This document shows, piece after piece, positions 20,580 to 31,479 of a stretch of DNA of 64,000 bases. The stretch lies in assembly GCA_965224485.1 (NCBI GenBank), contig CBDCZH010000015.1, positions 320,001 to 384,000 of the forward strand, given 5' to 3'. Source of the stretch: Arcobacteraceae bacterium (lineage in GTDB: Bacteria; Campylobacterota; Campylobacteria; Campylobacterales; Arcobacteraceae). The translations under genes and the position numbers were made by a program. The notes under the pieces were generated by a model. The model worked only from the letters and a program-made list of their open reading frames with translations. It was not told the origin of the DNA and ran no database searches. Positions within the stretch are counted from its first letter, which is position 1, and every line of letters starts with the position of its first letter.

Positions 20580-20849
20580 TTAATCTCTCCTCCACAATCT
20601 ATTTCTATACTCACCTTTTAAAAACTCTTTTTCAAACTTTATAATTAACTTATTTAAAGCATTTCCATCTAAGCCTTGAACTTCTAGTGCTCATGTACTT
20701 TGTACTAAAGAAGCCATAAAAAGTGCTTTTTTATTTACTCTTTGTTTTTCTAAAGCTTTTATACTAATAATTTCATTGCAAAAAAAATCTAAAGCTAATA
20801 ACTTCGTTATATTTTCTAAAGTACTAAGTTTTACATCATAATTCGTAAA
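20580..20849 (-). pseudogene. 5'-truncated remnant with in-frame stop, resembling the C-terminal part of an XRE-type regulator/antitoxin
   Basis: DVKLSTLENITKLLALDFF...SLVQST*ALEVQGL...FLKGEYRNRLW; TGA at 20691-20693; no start codon before the hairpin at 20851. Confidence 0.5.
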
Positions 20850-20850
20850 C

Positions 20851-20920
20851 CTATACAAAAGTATAGTTTTAAAGCTTGATGTAAGTTTATAGAGCTAAAA
20901 CTATACTTTTGTATAGTTTT
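20851..20920. repeat. Inverted pair of palindromes (probable terminator of thyA-folA)
   Basis: 20851-20871 is the exact reverse complement of 20896-20916; each half is itself a hairpin. Confidence 0.8.
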
Positions 20921-20937
20921 AGAAAATTTAGAAGAGT

Positions 20938-21438
20938 CTAGTTCTTATCCCAAATCTTAAACGTCCAAGCAGGTGATACTTCTTCTTCGTTTTGCATGAT
21001 TTTATTGTGTTTTACTTCTTTTTGTAAGCTCCAAGATGAAAAGTCTATTTCTTTTAGATAGGCATCTGCCTCACCTTTGAAATCTACTTCTGAGAGATAC
21101 ATTCTATTTATATAGGGAAACATTGTTTCATATATATTTGCCCCTCCTATTACGAAGAGTTCTTCTTCATTTGCTTGCTTTGCAAAGTTTAGAGCAGTTT
21201 CAATATCATTGAAAGTGTGAGTTCCTTCTTTTTTAAAATCCCCACGAGAGAGTATTATTGAGGTTCTATTTGGTAGAGGTTTTCCTATTGATTCAAAGGT
21301 TTTTCTTCCCATTAAAATATGATGTCCTGAGGTTATAGTTTTGAAGTTTTTAAAATCTTCACTTATATGCCATAACATTTGATTTTTTAAACCAATTTCC
21401 CAATTTTTACCATATGCTACTATCATTGAAATTTTCAT
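20938..21438 (-). CDS. folA: Dihydrofolate reductase
   Basis: LMGRKTFESIGKPLPNR, VIGGANIY. Confidence 0.96.
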   Translation of the reverse strand: MKISMIVAYGKNWEIGLKNQMLWHISEDFKNFKTITSGHHILMGRKTFESIGKPLPNRTSIILSRGDFKKEGTHTFNDIETALNFAKQANEEELFVIGGANIYETMFPYINRMYLSEVDFKGEADAYLKEIDFSSWSLQKEVKHNKIMQNEEEVSPAWTFKIWDKN

Positions 21439-22301
21439 TATACTGCCATCTTTGCTTTTATTGCTTCGTGTGATTCATAATTTTCTAGCTCAAAATCACT
21501 CATTTTAAAATCAAAAATATCTTTTATATTTTTATTTATTTTCATTTGTGGATGTGAAAAAGGTTTTCTACTTATTTGTAAATTTGCCTGTTCTATGTGA
21601 TTTGAATATAAATGAGCATCACCAAAAGTATGTACAAAATCACCAAGTTCAAGTTCACAAACTTGAGCTATCATCATAGTTAAAAGTGCATATGAAGCTA
21701 TATTAAAAGGAACTCCTAAAAATATATCTGCACTTCTTTGGTATAACTGACAAGAAAGTTTTCCATTAGCTACATAAAACTGAAAAAATGTATGACAAGG
21801 AGGAAGAGCCATTTTCTCAATCTCACCTACATTCCAAGCTGATAAAATAAGTCTTCTTGAATCTGGATTTGTTTTTATTTGATTTATTAGATTTTTTACT
21901 TGATCTATACTTTCCCCACTTGAGTTTTTCCAAGATCTCCATTGTGCTCCATAAACAGGACCTAGTTCTTTTATAGTCTCAGTATTTGTATAACCTAAAT
22001 CTTTTCCTTGTTTGTTTGCATTTGCAGTCCAAACAGTGTTTTTTCCTATAAGGTTTTGTGCTACATCCCCATGATGTATTTCTGCTAATCGTCTTTCGTT
22101 TGTTGAACCTTCTAAGAACCATAATAACTCAGAAACAATAGCTTTTAAATGACATTTTTTAGTAGTAACTAGTGGAAAACCTTCATTTAAATCAAATCTC
22201 ATTTGATAACCAAAAACAGAAGTAGTTCCTGTTCCTGTTCTGTCTTCTTTTAATACGCCTGTATTTAATACATGTTTAATTAAATCTAAATATTGTTTCA
22301 C
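21438..22301 (-). CDS. thyA: Thymidylate synthase
   Basis: [33 protein letters not shown]-terminal MAV. Confidence 0.98.
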   Translation of the reverse strand: MKQYLDLIKHVLNTGVLKEDRTGTGTTSVFGYQMRFDLNEGFPLVTTKKCHLKAIVSELLWFLEGSTNERRLAEIHHGDVAQNLIGKNTVWTANANKQGKDLGYTNTETIKELGPVYGAQWRSWKNSSGESIDQVKNLINQIKTNPDSRRLILSAWNVGEIEKMALPPCHTFFQFYVANGKLSCQLYQRSADIFLGVPFNIASYALLTMMIAQVCELELGDFVHTFGDAHLYSNHIEQANLQISRKPFSHPQMKINKNIKDIFDFKMSDFELENYESHEAIKAKMAV

Positions 22302-22444
22302 TAAAAATCCTATACATTTTATAATTTTGATATTTTACTATAAGTTTTATATTTATTGTATTAGAAAATAAAGCAGTTTTACTCTTGTAATCATTTGGTA
22401 ATTCAAAACTTCTATAATTAGTAAAATTAATACTAGGGAATAAA

Positions 22445-23650
22445 ATGAAAATTAGAACAATAGTTTTGGCAAGTTTATTATTAGTAAATACAGTATTTGC
22501 TTGGCAGGTACAAAAAGTACTTGTTGAAGAAGAGTTAGACTTAATAAAACTTCCAAATAAGCTTTTAAAATTAGATGTAGGAATTGGAAGTGGTGCTTAT
22601 CATTATAAAGGTGACAAAGATAATATTTTTTACACTATTACAGATAGAGGTGTAAATATAAAATGTAAAGATTCTAAAAAATTAATGGGCAAAAAATTAT
22701 GTGAAAAAGGTAAAATTTTCCCAACACAAAACTTTACTCCTACAATTTATAAAATACAACTTTTTGATAACTTTTATAAAATTCTTAAAAAAATACAAAT
22801 TAAAGATAGAAATGGAAATCAAGTATCTGGAATATCAAATGAAGGAACTGAAAAAGCTTTTGATATTCAAGGTAATGTTATTCCTTATGATGCAAACGGA
22901 TTAGATGCAGAAGCATTAGTTAGACTAAGTGATGGAAGTTTTTGGATAGCTGAAGAGTATGGGGCTTCTTTACTTCACATAGCTTTTGATGGAAAAATTA
23001 TCAAAAGAGTAGTTCCACAAGGTTTTGAAAAGAACTTAAGTGCTGCTAAGTATGATATAAGTTCAAGTTTACCTAAAATTATATCAAAGAGACCACTTAA
23101 CAGAGGAATCGAATCACTTGCTCTTTCAAAAGATGAAAAGTTTTTATATTTTTCTATGCAAAGTCCTTTAGCAAATCCTAGTAAAAAAGCTTATACTTCT
23201 TCAAATCTTGTAAGAATGTTTAAATATAATATAAAAAAAGATGAAGTTGTAGGTGAGTATATTTACAAAATAGATACAGCAGATAGTTTTTCTTTAGATA
23301 ATAAAACAAAACAAAATGCAGTTAAAATTTCTGAAATGGTTAATATTGGAGATGATGAATTTATTATTTTAGAAAGAGTGTCAAAAACAACAAAGTTTTA
23401 TAAAGTAAAGTTTGAAAACTCAATTTTACATAGTAAATGGGATGATATTAATACTTCTCCTTCATTAGAAGAGAATAATACTCTAGAAAGTATGGAAAAA
23501 ACATTAGTTTTAGATACAAGTACTTTGAAAAATATGCCTAAAAAAATAGAAGGTATTGCTTATATTGATGAAAATAATTGGATTTTAGTAAATGACAATG
23601 ATTTTGGAATTAAAAAAGATAAAACATATATTATCAAATTAAGTAAATAA
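22445..23650 (+). CDS. Secreted 'esterase-like activity of phytase' family protein
   Basis: Signal peptide; TDRG, GLDAE, EEYG, NRGIE and NDNDFG motifs. Confidence 0.85.
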   Translation: MKIRTIVLASLLLVNTVFAWQVQKVLVEEELDLIKLPNKLLKLDVGIGSGAYHYKGDKDNIFYTITDRGVNIKCKDSKKLMGKKLCEKGKIFPTQNFTPTIYKIQLFDNFYKILKKIQIKDRNGNQVSGISNEGTEKAFDIQGNVIPYDANGLDAEALVRLSDGSFWIAEEYGASLLHIAFDGKIIKRVVPQGFEKNLSAAKYDISSSLPKIISKRPLNRGIESLALSKDEKFLYFSMQSPLANPSKKAYTSSNLVRMFKYNIKKDEVVGEYIYKIDTADSFSLDNKTKQNAVKISEMVNIGDDEFIILERVSKTTKFYKVKFENSILHSKWDDINTSPSLEENNTLESMEKTLVLDTSTLKNMPKKIEGIAYIDENNWILVNDNDFGIKKDKTYIIKLSK

Positions 23651-23676
23651 GCAAACATACTAAAGAGCAAAGCTCT

Positions 23677-24252
23677 TTAGTATTTATTTTTTAGCTCTTT
23701 TATAATGTTGGCGTATGATTTAAGAGGCAAACCTACAAAAGCTCTAAATTTTTTGTCAAAAAGCTTTCTTGGAATATCAGCATGAAGTAAAACTTCATCT
23801 ATATCATAAATACCTTTTTGCTCACTTATTAAAGAAAGTATTTTAAAAATACTAAAAGTTGATTTTGGTATTTTAAACTGTTTCAATAAAAAACTATCCA
23901 AATTCTTATCTAAAGATTGTATATCAAAAGATATATCACTATTATCTAAAACATCTATAAATATAGGTAAATCATCCATAGAAAAAGAAAAGAAAAAAGC
24001 CGAACCAGCCCCTTTAAAATTAATTAGAACTAAGTTCAACTCTTCTTTAGAACTAAGAGTTAAGGCATTTTCTAAAACATTAACAAGTACAAACTCGCCA
24101 TTATTTAACGTTTTAAAAGAATTTTCATAAGATAATTCAAAACTTGAACCTAAGTTATAAACTAAAGTCATACCACCAGAAGGAAGTATCTCATAAGATT
24201 TATTGTGAAGAAAAGTATAAGAGTCAATATATTTTTGTAATTTTTTATGCAT
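23677..24252 (-). CDS. AraC-like regulator (DUF6597-type N-domain, short HTH)
   Basis: ILPSG...LVYN N-terminus; RKLFDKKFRAFVGLPLKSYA C-terminus. Confidence 0.6.
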   Translation of the reverse strand: MHKKLQKYIDSYTFLHNKSYEILPSGGMTLVYNLGSSFELSYENSFKTLNNGEFVLVNVLENALTLSSKEELNLVLINFKGAGSAFFFSFSMDDLPIFIDVLDNSDISFDIQSLDKNLDSFLLKQFKIPKSTFSIFKILSLISEQKGIYDIDEVLLHADIPRKLFDKKFRAFVGLPLKSYANIIKELKNKY

Positions 24253-24364
24253 TTAAAATTATAGCCTTTTAAAAATTCATATTTCAGAAAAATGGTTTGA
24301 AAATATTTTAATATTTAAATAGCTTCAGAAAGATTTTTAAATTACACACGTAAAAGGGCTTTAG

Positions 24365-24485
24365 AAAATTGATTTTTTGCTGAAAGTTCAAGGAAGTGCG
24401 GGAATTTTGTTTTGAAGCGTACACGAAGTACGTAAGAAGCAAAATTTCCACGCTGACGCAGAAATTTGCTAAAAGAGATAGTTTT
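24365..24485 (+). repeat. ~120-nt imperfect hairpin element downstream of rho
   Basis: 19-bp stem 24395-24413/24436-24454 with 4 G-U pairs, capped by gcgtac-acgaa-gtacgt. Confidence 0.6.
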
Positions 24486-24491
24486 ATGACG

Positions 24492-25865
24492 CTATTCGTT
24501 CATTCCTGCGAAGAAAGCTTCATTATCTTTTGTCTTTTGCATCTTAGAATATAAAAATTTCAAGGCTTCAACTTCATCCATAGATGAAATAGCATTTCTT
24601 AAAATCCAAGTTTTTTGTAAGATTTCAGGACTTAGAAGTAATTCTTCTTTTCTAGTACCTGATTTGATAATATCTAAAGCAGGATAGATTCTTCTATTTG
24701 CTGATTTTCTACTTAGAACTACTTCTGAGTTTCCTGTACCTTTAAACTCTTCAAAAATAACTTCATCCATTTTTGAACCAGTTTCAATTAAAGCAGTTGA
24801 AATAATAGTTAAAGAACCACCCTCTTCTATATTTCTAGCAGCTCCAAAAAATCTTTTTGGTTTATGAAGTGCGTTTGCATCAACTCCACCTGATAATACT
24901 TTTCCACTACTTGGTGTTACTGTATTATAAGCCCTTGCAAGACGTGTAATTGAATCTAATAAAATAACTACATCTTTTTTCATTTCAACTAATCTTTTTG
25001 CTTTTTCAATTACAATTTCGGCAACCCTAACATGATTATGAGCTGGTAAATCAAATGTTGAACTGTAAACTTCACCTTTTACACTTCTTTGCATATCTGT
25101 AACTTCTTCTGGTCTCTCATCAATTAATAAAACCATTAAGTGCGCTTCTGGGTGATTTCTTGAAATACCATGAGCTAATTCTTTTAATAACTCAGTTTTA
25201 CCAGTTTTAGGAGGTGCAACTATTAAACCACGCTGACCTTTTCCCATAGGAGCAAAAAGATCTAACATTCTTCCTGTCATTCTTGAACTATCATATTCAA
25301 ACGTATATCTATCAACAGCATATAAAGGTGTTAAGTTATCAAATAATGGTCTATTTTTTGATTCTTGTATTGGAAGATAATTTATTGCTTCTATTTTTAA
25401 TAGGGCATTATATTTTTCACTATCTTTATTTGGAGGTCTAACTTGTCCTGTAACAATATCACCAGTTCTAAGTGCAAATTTTCTAATTTGTGTTGCACTT
25501 ACATAAGAATCATTTGAAGTATCAGAAAAATTACCATCAATTGCTCTTAAAAAACCAAAACCACCATCTTTAATCTCTAAGATTCCTGTAAAAAGTATAA
25601 AACCACCTTGATCTATTTGTGATTTTAAAATATTGAACATTAAATCTTGTCTTTTAAGCTCTTGAGGATTTTCAACTTCAAGTTCTTTTGCAATTTTTAA
25701 TAAATCTTCTAAAGGTTGCTCTCGTAATTTCTCAATTGTATATCCTACAACGGGAACATGAGTTCTTGCTTTTCTAGTATTACTTGTATTTGTTTTTTTA
25801 GCTTTACTTGGTGCTTTTGCCTGAGGTTTAGGCTGCGGCGTTGTTTGAGTGTTAGACTCTTCCAT
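24492..25865 (-). CDS. rho: Transcription termination factor Rho
   Basis: [40 protein letters not shown]. Confidence 0.99.
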   Translation of the reverse strand: MEESNTQTTPQPKPQAKAPSKAKKTNTSNTRKARTHVPVVGYTIEKLREQPLEDLLKIAKELEVENPQELKRQDLMFNILKSQIDQGGFILFTGILEIKDGGFGFLRAIDGNFSDTSNDSYVSATQIRKFALRTGDIVTGQVRPPNKDSEKYNALLKIEAINYLPIQESKNRPLFDNLTPLYAVDRYTFEYDSSRMTGRMLDLFAPMGKGQRGLIVAPPKTGKTELLKELAHGISRNHPEAHLMVLLIDERPEEVTDMQRSVKGEVYSSTFDLPAHNHVRVAEIVIEKAKRLVEMKKDVVILLDSITRLARAYNTVTPSSGKVLSGGVDANALHKPKRFFGAARNIEEGGSLTIISTALIETGSKMDEVIFEEFKGTGNSEVVLSRKSANRRIYPALDIIKSGTRKEELLLSPEILQKTWILRNAISSMDEVEALKFLYSKMQKTKDNEAFFAGMNE

Positions 25866-26003
25866 GAGTAATTTGACCTTTTTTTGTTTTTGTTTTTATG
25901 AGTAAGTTCCGTAGTTTTTTATTTAAGTTATTTTTTTTGATACAGTATTCTAGTGTTTATTTTTAATTTTGTCAATTAAAATGTAAAAATAATTAATAAG
26001 CAT

Positions 26004-26033
26004 AAAAAAAGGTGCCATAAAATGACACCTTTA
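26004..26033 (-). terminator. Intrinsic terminator after ahpC
   Basis: aaaaaaaggtgcca...tgacacctt hairpin with U-tract on the minus strand. Confidence 0.7.
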
Positions 26034-26060
26034 AAAGTATTTTTTACAAGAAAAAAATTC

Positions 26061-26657
26061 TTATAAATCACCCTCATGTTTACCTAAGTATTTTGCAACA
26101 CCTTCAGTAGATGCAGTCATACCAGCATCACCTTTGTTCCAACCAGCAGGACAAACTTCACCATGCTCATTTGTAAATAACATAGTATCTACCATTCTTA
26201 GCATTTCATCAATATTTCTACCTAATGGTAAATCATTGATAACTGCATGTCTTACTGTACCATCAGCATCAATTAAAAAAGATCCTCTTAAAGCAACAGA
26301 ATCATTTAATAATACATCATAATCTCTAGCAATAGATTTAGTAATATCAGCAACTAATGGATATTCAATTCTTCCAATTCCACCATTATTAACATCAGTT
26401 TCTCTCCATGCGAAGTGAGAAAATTGTGAATCAACAGAAACACCAATAACATTAACACCTCTTTCTTTGAAATCAGCTACTCTTTTAGAGAATGCAATAA
26501 TTTCTGAAGGACAAACAAAAGTAAAATCTAATGGGTAGAAAAATAGTACAGTACCTTTTTCTCCAAAGTTTTCATATAAATTAAAATCCTCAACGATTGA
26601 ACCGTTCGCAAGTACAGTTGTTGCTGTAAAATCTGGAGCTTTTTTTGTTACTAACAT
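26061..26657 (-). CDS. ahpC: 2-Cys peroxiredoxin
   Basis: FYPLDFTFVCPSE and GEVCPAGW. Confidence 0.97.
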   Translation of the reverse strand: MLVTKKAPDFTATTVLANGSIVEDFNLYENFGEKGTVLFFYPLDFTFVCPSEIIAFSKRVADFKERGVNVIGVSVDSQFSHFAWRETDVNNGGIGRIEYPLVADITKSIARDYDVLLNDSVALRGSFLIDADGTVRHAVINDLPLGRNIDEMLRMVDTMLFTNEHGEVCPAGWNKGDAGMTASTEGVAKYLGKHEGDL

Positions 26658-26993
26658 ATATATATCCTTTTATTTTTTGTAGTTTTAAACTATAAACTTC
26701 TTGTTTATATTTGTGCTTGCATTATATACTAATATTCTAAAAAATATATACTATTTTTAGGTTTATTTAAAAATTTAAGAAAAAATTTATTTTAAGATAA
26801 TTTTTTTCCTTTGTAAAGTTTTAGATAAAGTTTCTACTCTTATATAATATATTATTATACAATATATTTTAAAACCTAAACTTATAATTACTTACTAAAA
26901 CAGAATTAAATATTATATAAATAATAAGCATTATTTTTTAAAGTTATATTTATTGTTTATATGTTAGAGTTTTTAAAATTTCAAGGAGTTAAT

Positions 26994-27251
26994 ATGGCAG
27001 TTAAGATAACAGATACCTGTATATCATGTGATGCATGTTTAGATGAATGTCCAACAGAGTCAATAGTAGATAATGATGAGAACCCAACAGGTGAGGATAT
27101 TTATTTTGTAAATTCTGATACATGTACTGAGTGTGTTGGAGACAATGATGCTCCAGCATGTGCTGATGCCTGTCCAACTGAGGGATGTATAGTTTGGGAT
27201 GCTCCTTCAAGAGATGGAATGGTTCATGGGGAACCATGTGTTGAAGACTAG
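26994..27251 (+). CDS. fdxA: 2x[4Fe-4S] ferredoxin
   Basis: CISCDACLDECP and CTECVG...CADACP; start after AAGGAG; divergent from ahpC. Confidence 0.9.
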   Translation: MAVKITDTCISCDACLDECPTESIVDNDENPTGEDIYFVNSDTCTECVGDNDAPACADACPTEGCIVWDAPSRDGMVHGEPCVED

Positions 27252-27267
27252 TAAATAAATTATAAAT

Positions 27268-27300
27268 AAAAAAGGTTAGTAGTTTTGCTAACCTTTTTTT
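27268..27300 (+). terminator. Intrinsic terminator after ferredoxin
   Basis: aaaaaaggttagta-gttt-tgctaacctttttt. Confidence 0.8.
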
Positions 27301-27427
27301 ATGCCAAAGAAATGGACTTTTAGCCTCATATATTTATGGAAAATAATACTTAAAATAATAAGCCTTGTATTTTTTTGATTTTCTTGGTATAATGCGCGAC
27401 TTAAATTTTAATTGAGGAATATATCAC

Positions 27428-27841
27428 ATGGAACAAACGTTATCTATTATTAAACCTGATGCAGTTGCAAAAAATGTAGTTGGAAAAATCTTAGACAGAT
27501 TCGAATCTGCTGGATTAAAAATCGCTGCTACTAAAAGAATACAATTAAGTCAAGCTGATGCTGAAGCATTTTATGCTGTACACGCACAAAGACCTTTTTA
27601 TGGTGAACTAGTTAAGTTTATGATTTCTGGACCTGTAGTTGTTACAGTTTTAGAAGGTGAAAATGCTATGAGCATTAACAGAGACTTAATGGGAGCAACT
27701 AATCCTAAAGAAGCTGAAGCTGGAACAATTAGAGCTGATTTTGCTGAATCTATTGATGCAAATGCAGTACATGGTTCTGATTCAGTTGAAAATGCAACAA
27801 ATGAAATTAATTTCTTTTTTGCACAAAAAGATATTTGTTAA
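27428..27841 (+). CDS. ndk: Nucleoside diphosphate kinase
   Basis: [23 protein letters not shown]. Confidence 0.98.
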   Translation: MEQTLSIIKPDAVAKNVVGKILDRFESAGLKIAATKRIQLSQADAEAFYAVHAQRPFYGELVKFMISGPVVVTVLEGENAMSINRDLMGATNPKEAEAGTIRADFAESIDANAVHGSDSVENATNEINFFFAQKDIC

Positions 27842-27844
27842 TAA

Positions 27845-28223
27845 ATGCAAATAGAGTTTAGAAAAATACCAAATACAAAAAAAGATTTTTGTGTAAGTTT
27901 CGCTTCAGTAACTTTAGAGGGATTTTTTTTGTAGAATGTCATCTACTATTGTAAAAGTAGATGCAAAGTTAGTCGGACACACTGATGTACAGTGTATTAG
28001 ATGTGGCCTTGAAGAGACTATAAATGTAGATGAAGACTTAAAATTAACACTAAGTGATGGTATTTATACTGGATACGAGGGTGATAATTTGATAATTGAA
28101 ATAGAAAATAATACTATTGATTTTGATGATATTATTCAAAGTGAAGTAGAATCAATAAATAGTGATTATTATTTATGTAAACAATGTCTTGATAATGAAG
28201 AAAATTTAGAACAAGAAATATAA
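27845..28223 (+). CDS. YceD/DUF177 family protein, split by an extra T at 27923-27930
   Basis: MQIEFRKIP... joins the 27936 ORF (CIRC, CKQC) if T8 is T7; canonical position before rpmF. Confidence 0.8.
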
Positions 28224-28233
28224 GGAGAATAAA

Positions 28234-28386
28234 ATGGCAGTACCAAAGAGACGAGTATCTCATTCAAGAGCAGCGAAAAGAAGAACTCACTATAAAATTA
28301 CTTTAAAGAAACCAGTAAAAGATAGTGACGGAACTTGGAAGATGCCTCATACGGTTAACCCTAATACTGGTGAATATAAGAACTAA
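28234..28386 (+). CDS. rpmF: 50S ribosomal protein L32
   Basis: Not in ORF track: [50 protein letters not shown]. Confidence 0.97.
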   Translation: MAVPKRRVSHSRAAKRRTHYKITLKKPVKDSDGTWKMPHTVNPNTGEYKN

Positions 28387-29372
28387 TGAAAATTGCTATT
28401 GATGCAATGGGTGGGGACTTTGGTCCCGAACCTATCATAGATGGACTAATTTCAGCACTTAAAATCGACAAAACCTTCACTGCAATCGCAGTTGGAGATA
28501 AAAATCAACTACTAAACTTAATACCCCAAAACTTTTTAAGCAGAATAGAAATACTTCATACAACAGATGTAATATCTATGTCTGATAGTGCTACTGATGC
28601 TCTAAAAAGAAAAGATTCCACAATTTATAAAGCTATTGAACTTGTTAAACTAGGTGATGCTGATGCTGTAGTATCTGCTGGTCATTCTGGTGCTTCAATG
28701 TCTTTAGCAACTTTACGAATTGGAAGAATTAAAGGTATTTCAAGACCAGCAATTGCGACACTTATGCCTACAAGCGAGAACCAAAATACTTTAGTATTAG
28801 ACGTTGGAGCAAATGTAGACTGTGATGCAAAGAATCTTTTTCAATTTGCTATAATGGGTCAGGTTTATGCAGAAGATGTTCTAAAACTTGATGAACCAAT
28901 TATTGGTTTGTTATCAAATGGTGAAGAAGAGAGCAAGGGTAATGAAGTTACTAAAGAAGCTTATGAGATAATATCAAAAATACCAAATTTTGCTGGAAAT
29001 ATTGAAGGTAGTGATATCTTTAAAGGAACAGTAGATGTTGTTGTTTGTGATGGATTTGTTGGGAATATTTTACTAAAAACTGCTGAAGGTGTTGCAGATA
29101 CTATTGGTTTAATTCTTAAGAAAAATCTTAAAAGATCTTTAATATCTATTGCAGGCGCAGTATTGATGAGAAAAGTATTTAAAAGCTTAAAAGTTAGAGT
29201 TGATTATGCTGAGTATGGAGGAGCCCCACTTTTAGGAGTAAAAGCTCCTGTTATTATAGCTCATGGTAAATCAAATCCAAAAGCGATAAAAAATGCAATA
29301 TTTCAAGCAATTTCTGCAGCTAGTTCTAACTTGAATAGTGATATTGAAGAAAGAATTAATAAATATAATTAA
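28386..29372 (+). CDS. plsX: Phosphate acyltransferase
   Basis: [35 protein letters not shown]. Confidence 0.97.
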   Translation: MKIAIDAMGGDFGPEPIIDGLISALKIDKTFTAIAVGDKNQLLNLIPQNFLSRIEILHTTDVISMSDSATDALKRKDSTIYKAIELVKLGDADAVVSAGHSGASMSLATLRIGRIKGISRPAIATLMPTSENQNTLVLDVGANVDCDAKNLFQFAIMGQVYAEDVLKLDEPIIGLLSNGEEESKGNEVTKEAYEIISKIPNFAGNIEGSDIFKGTVDVVVCDGFVGNILLKTAEGVADTIGLILKKNLKRSLISIAGAVLMRKVFKSLKVRVDYAEYGGAPLLGVKAPVIIAHGKSNPKAIKNAIFQAISAASSNLNSDIEERINKYN

Positions 29373-29387
29373 TATAAGGATATTTAG

Positions 29388-30386
29388 ATGAGTTATGCAG
29401 CTTTCAGATCAATTGGAGCTTATATCCCTCCAAAGATAATGACAAATGCTGATTTTGAAAAAATCATAGATACAAGTGACGAGTGGATAGTTAAAAGAAC
29501 AGGTATTAAAGAGAGACGAGTATCCGAAAAAGATGAAGCATCTTCTGATTTAGGAGCAAAAGCGGCGCAAGTTGCTATTACTCGTGCAGGAATTAAAAAA
29601 GAAGAAATAGATTTAGTAATTTGTGCAACTGTAACGCCTGATTATTTATGTATGCCTTCAACAGCATGTTTAATTGCTTCAAAATTGGATTTACCTCCTG
29701 TTCAAGCTTTTGATATATCTGCCGCTTGTACGGGTTTCGTTTATGCATTATCAATAGCAAAAGCTTTTATTGAATCAGGAATGAAAAAGAATGTTCTTAT
29801 AGTTGGAGCTGAAACATATACTTCAATTTTAGACTATACAGATAGAGGAACTTGTTTTATCTTTGGTGATGGAGCAGGAGCAGCTATTATTTCAAGTACT
29901 GAAGATAAAAGTGAAGCAATTGTTGATGTTAACTGTTCTAGTGATGGAAGCTATCATGATTTAATCATAACTCCAGGTGGGGGATCTAAACATCCTTGTA
30001 GCCAAGAAGTATTAGATCAAAAATTAGCTTGTATAAAAATGAAAGGTAACGAAACTTTCAAATTAGCAGTTAAAACGTTAACCGCTGATGTACAAGTTAT
30101 GATGAAAAAACATAATATCTCTAATGAAGATATAAACCATTTTATTCCTCATCAAGCTAATATGAGAATAATAAATTCTGTTGGAAAAGCTTTAGGTTTT
30201 AATAAAGAGCAAACTGTTGTAACTATTGACAAATATGGAAATACTTCAGCAGCTTCTATTCCGATGGCTATGAATTATGCTTATGAAAATGGAAAAATAA
30301 AAAAGGGTGAAACAATTTTGTTTGATGCTTTTGGAGCAGGACTTACTTGGGGATCTGCACTTTTTCCTTTTAGCCCAAAAGAATAA
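29388..30386 (+). CDS. fabH: Beta-ketoacyl-ACP synthase III
   Basis: AACTGF, HQAN, GNTSAASIP, GAGLTWG. Confidence 0.97.
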   Translation: MSYAAFRSIGAYIPPKIMTNADFEKIIDTSDEWIVKRTGIKERRVSEKDEASSDLGAKAAQVAITRAGIKKEEIDLVICATVTPDYLCMPSTACLIASKLDLPPVQAFDISAACTGFVYALSIAKAFIESGMKKNVLIVGAETYTSILDYTDRGTCFIFGDGAGAAIISSTEDKSEAIVDVNCSSDGSYHDLIITPGGGSKHPCSQEVLDQKLACIKMKGNETFKLAVKTLTADVQVMMKKHNISNEDINHFIPHQANMRIINSVGKALGFNKEQTVVTIDKYGNTSAASIPMAMNYAYENGKIKKGETILFDAFGAGLTWGSALFPFSPKE

Positions 30387-30405
30387 AAAAATACTAACAA
30401 TTATT

Positions 30406-30437
30406 AAAAAGCTTCAAAGAAATTTGAAGCTTTTTTT
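30406..30437. terminator. Bidirectional terminator between fabH and azlD
   Basis: aaaaagcttcaaa-gaaa-tttgaagcttttt. Confidence 0.8.
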
Positions 30438-30480
30438 ATGTAAAAATTTTATTAAAAATATAATTTTTCTAATAAATGTA

Positions 30481-30801
30481 TTATAAAAATTGTACTAAAA
30501 ACATATAAAATATTGTTCCTAGAAAAATAGACACAAGATAATTTTTAAATCTTAAGTGTAAAATTGCTGTAAAAAGAACAGCAGATATCTCTTTTAATCC
30601 ATAAGGAAAGAGTGTAAAGTTTATATCTTTTATTGAATATACGATTAAAATAGTCATTATAATTGCTGGAAAATATTTTCCAACATAAGCTAAATAAGAT
30701 GGTAATTCTTTTTTAGAGAAAAATGCAAAAGGTAAAACTCTAGTAAAAAGGTTTACTAAACTCATAACGATGATAGCAAGTAAGATTTCATTATTAATCA
30801 T
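30481..30801 (-). CDS. azlD: AzlD family branched-chain amino acid exporter small subunit
   Basis: TRVLPF, SIFLGTIFYM; paired with AzlC. Confidence 0.85.
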   Translation of the reverse strand: MINNEILLAIIVMSLVNLFTRVLPFAFFSKKELPSYLAYVGKYFPAIIMTILIVYSIKDINFTLFPYGLKEISAVLFTAILHLRFKNYLVSIFLGTIFYMFLVQFL

Positions 30802-31429
30802 TTGTTACTCTTTTTTTAAATATAAACATAAGTAGCAAAGCTATAAAAATAGATACTATTAACATTTTATCACTAGGTATGAAAATAAGTGAAAAGATAG
30901 ATGAAGTAGCACCAATTAGGAAAACACTTGCTTTTTTTAGACTTTTATACTGTTCTAAACATAAAACAACAAATAAAGCTGTTAGAGAAAATTCCAAACC
31001 TGCAGTATTAAACTCTATGTTTGATCCTATAATAGCTCCAAGAGTTGAACCTATAAACCAATAGCTTTGATTAAAAGCAGCTAAAAAAACATAATAATAC
31101 TTCTTTTTTAAATGCTCGTCATCTTTAATTGTAGTTAAGAGAGCATAAGTTTCATCTGTAAGTGCAAAAATTAAGTATGCTTTGAATTTTCCTGTTTTTT
31201 TAAACCTTTTTAATAAAGATAATCCATAAAAACTTTGTCTCATATTTATAAAAAATGAAGCAAGAGCTATATCTATCAAACCTGCTTTTACATTAAAAAA
31301 AGATATTGCTACAAATTGAAGCGCACCTGCATAAATAAACAAAGACATTAAAGGTGCTAAATACCAAGCATAATCAAAAGAGACTAGTAATAAACCAAAA
31401 GCAAAACCTAAAACTAGGTATCCCATCAT
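30794..31429 (-). CDS. azlC: AzlC family permease (true start may lie ~50 nt upstream)
   Basis: YAGALQF, LTDETYA motifs. Confidence 0.9.
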   Translation of the reverse strand: MMGYLVLGFAFGLLLVSFDYAWYLAPLMSLFIYAGALQFVAISFFNVKAGLIDIALASFFINMRQSFYGLSLLKRFKKTGKFKAYLIFALTDETYALLTTIKDDEHLKKKYYYVFLAAFNQSYWFIGSTLGAIIGSNIEFNTAGLEFSLTALFVVLCLEQYKSLKKASVFLIGATSSIFSLIFIPSDKMLIVSIFIALLLMFIFKKRVTND

Positions 31430-31479
31430 AACGGGAATAGATACTTCAAAGGCTTTTTTTATCTCTTTATGATAGTTGT

